Source: Monocercomonoides exilis PA203
Taxonomy: Eukaryota > Protista > Preaxostyla
Reading direction: 5' to 3'
Length of the DNA: 64,000 bases
Assembly (NCBI GenBank): GCA_001643675.2
Contig: LSRY02000056.1
Span: forward strand, 1 to 64,000
The notes beneath the pieces were generated by a model that saw only the letters and a program-made list of their open reading frames with translations, was not told the origin of the DNA and did no database searches. This document shows positions 62,806 to 64,000 of this stretch, piece by piece. Made by a program: the position numbers and the translations under genes. The stretch's first letter is position 1, and every line of letters begins with the position of its first letter.

Positions 62806-64000
62806 GATGCAAATTGAGTAATGCTTCAATATTGTTGATATTGTCAAAAGTGGCAATTATAATCGACGGAATATTCTCATAAAAGCCTTCTTTATTTCTT
62901 TTGAAAACATTTTAAAGGAAATAAAATCCGGCCGTAATATTTTGAATATCCTTTTGATATTTAAAATACTATATCCAAATTTTTTAGCGCTTTGCTAATA
63001 GGGATGAATTTTTAAGCAAGATTTATTGGACTTTTGGGAAAAGAAATTATATGAAGTTTCATTAAATGAATAAATTTTGTTTGATATGTATTTTTTCAAA
63101 GCATTTATTTATGTTCTCTCATTCATTTTGGAATGTTAGGTTAGCATTATTTTGAATTTGACGTTTGTTGTTATTTGAATAATATTTTTCTTTTTGAGTT
63201 GTAAGAAAAATTTCCCAAAGATTTCCAATTTAATGACTTTTAAATAATAATTTATTAAAATTATTATTATTAAAAATTATTATTTTTTTAATTAAATTTA
63301 ATTTTATTTTTTGAGAATTTTATTGATCAAAACGAATCTGTAAGCAATTTTAAGAAAACAGTACTTTGCACGCAATGCTCTGCCTTCATAACTTTTCTTC
63401 TTCTTTTTCAGGTAATACTTATAAAAGCTCAATTAAAAAAGCAATATCTTTTCAACTGAAAAAAGTTTTCTCATAATAACACTTGTAACAAAGAAGTCAT
63501 TCCGAACATTATGTGATTTCATATATCAAACACATAACTTATTGTCTAAAAAGAAAAAAATCGAAAAGCAATGATGATCAATTGATTCAGGAACAAAATA
63601 TTATCCTTCATGAATTTTTGCGAATTATTTTTTCACAAGTTCAACTTCATTGACAAGAAAGACAAAATAAAAAATGGTTGTCCGTGAAGCGATATAAAAA
63701 CAAATAATGTCGGAGCATATGAAATGCATGAAATGAAATTATATTGCAGATGCAATTTATTTTGATATGTAGATTAAGCCCTTTCAGACCATTCATTCAC
63801 TTTCTCATGCTTTGCATGCTGTTTCAATATGCCTTTCTCCCCTTTCTTCTTTCTCCAGACTTTCTTTGATTTGATTCTCGTTTTGACCTTTTACCAGAAA
63901 AGCCTTTTCCTTTTGCTGCTCTTCGCTTACAGTAACATGAATGGCTATGATCTTTCAGCATTCCTCGCATTATCCATTTTTCTTTATCTTCTCCACTTTC

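Noticed and set aside
35097-62856. Numerous antisense or alternate-frame ORFs rich in E, K, R or F
   Set aside because: Shadows of TCT/GAA low-complexity coding sequence in the real genes
63780-64000. Possible 3' end of a minus-strand gene at the window edge
   Set aside because: Purine-rich and coding-like, but too short to fix a frame or product

Overview
This is a chromosome end of an AT-rich, intron-containing eukaryote using the standard genetic code. A 3.0-kb 18S, GTTTG/GTATG introns, Ser-rich proteins and a lineage-specific gene family suggest an oxymonad such as Monocercomonoides (inference). From the end inward: (1) a 3.4-kb (CCCTAA)n telomere containing four identical CTAGTTTGAAC variant units; (2) a 1034-bp-period subtelomeric duplication; (3) a 17-nt interstitial telomere seed; (4) a 2.3-kb orphan module with a three-exon, 3'-truncated gene and a hairpin-rich leader; (5) one circularly permuted rDNA unit on the minus strand (7295-24396). 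Both ends of that unit fall about 15 nt apart inside the peptidyl-transferase loop of the 28S. The 28S carries a 407-nt group IE intron, and the IGS holds a 1.3-kb inverted repeat built from 13-9-13 palindromic sites. From ~26.8 kb onward is ordinary gene-dense sequence: a lineage-specific family gene, UXT prefoldin, a prominin/tweety-like 5-TM protein, a GDE1/GPCPD1-like phosphodiesterase, a TTLL ligase, an unknown gene, an ELAV-like RRM protein, a PHP phosphoesterase, a PARP and a beta-helix membrane protein. It also contains a Tc1/mariner MITE and three fold-back elements. The most interesting candidates are the site-coincident rDNA permutation, the modules joined by telomere-like seeds, and an apparent telomerase template read-through that predicts part of the telomerase RNA sequence.
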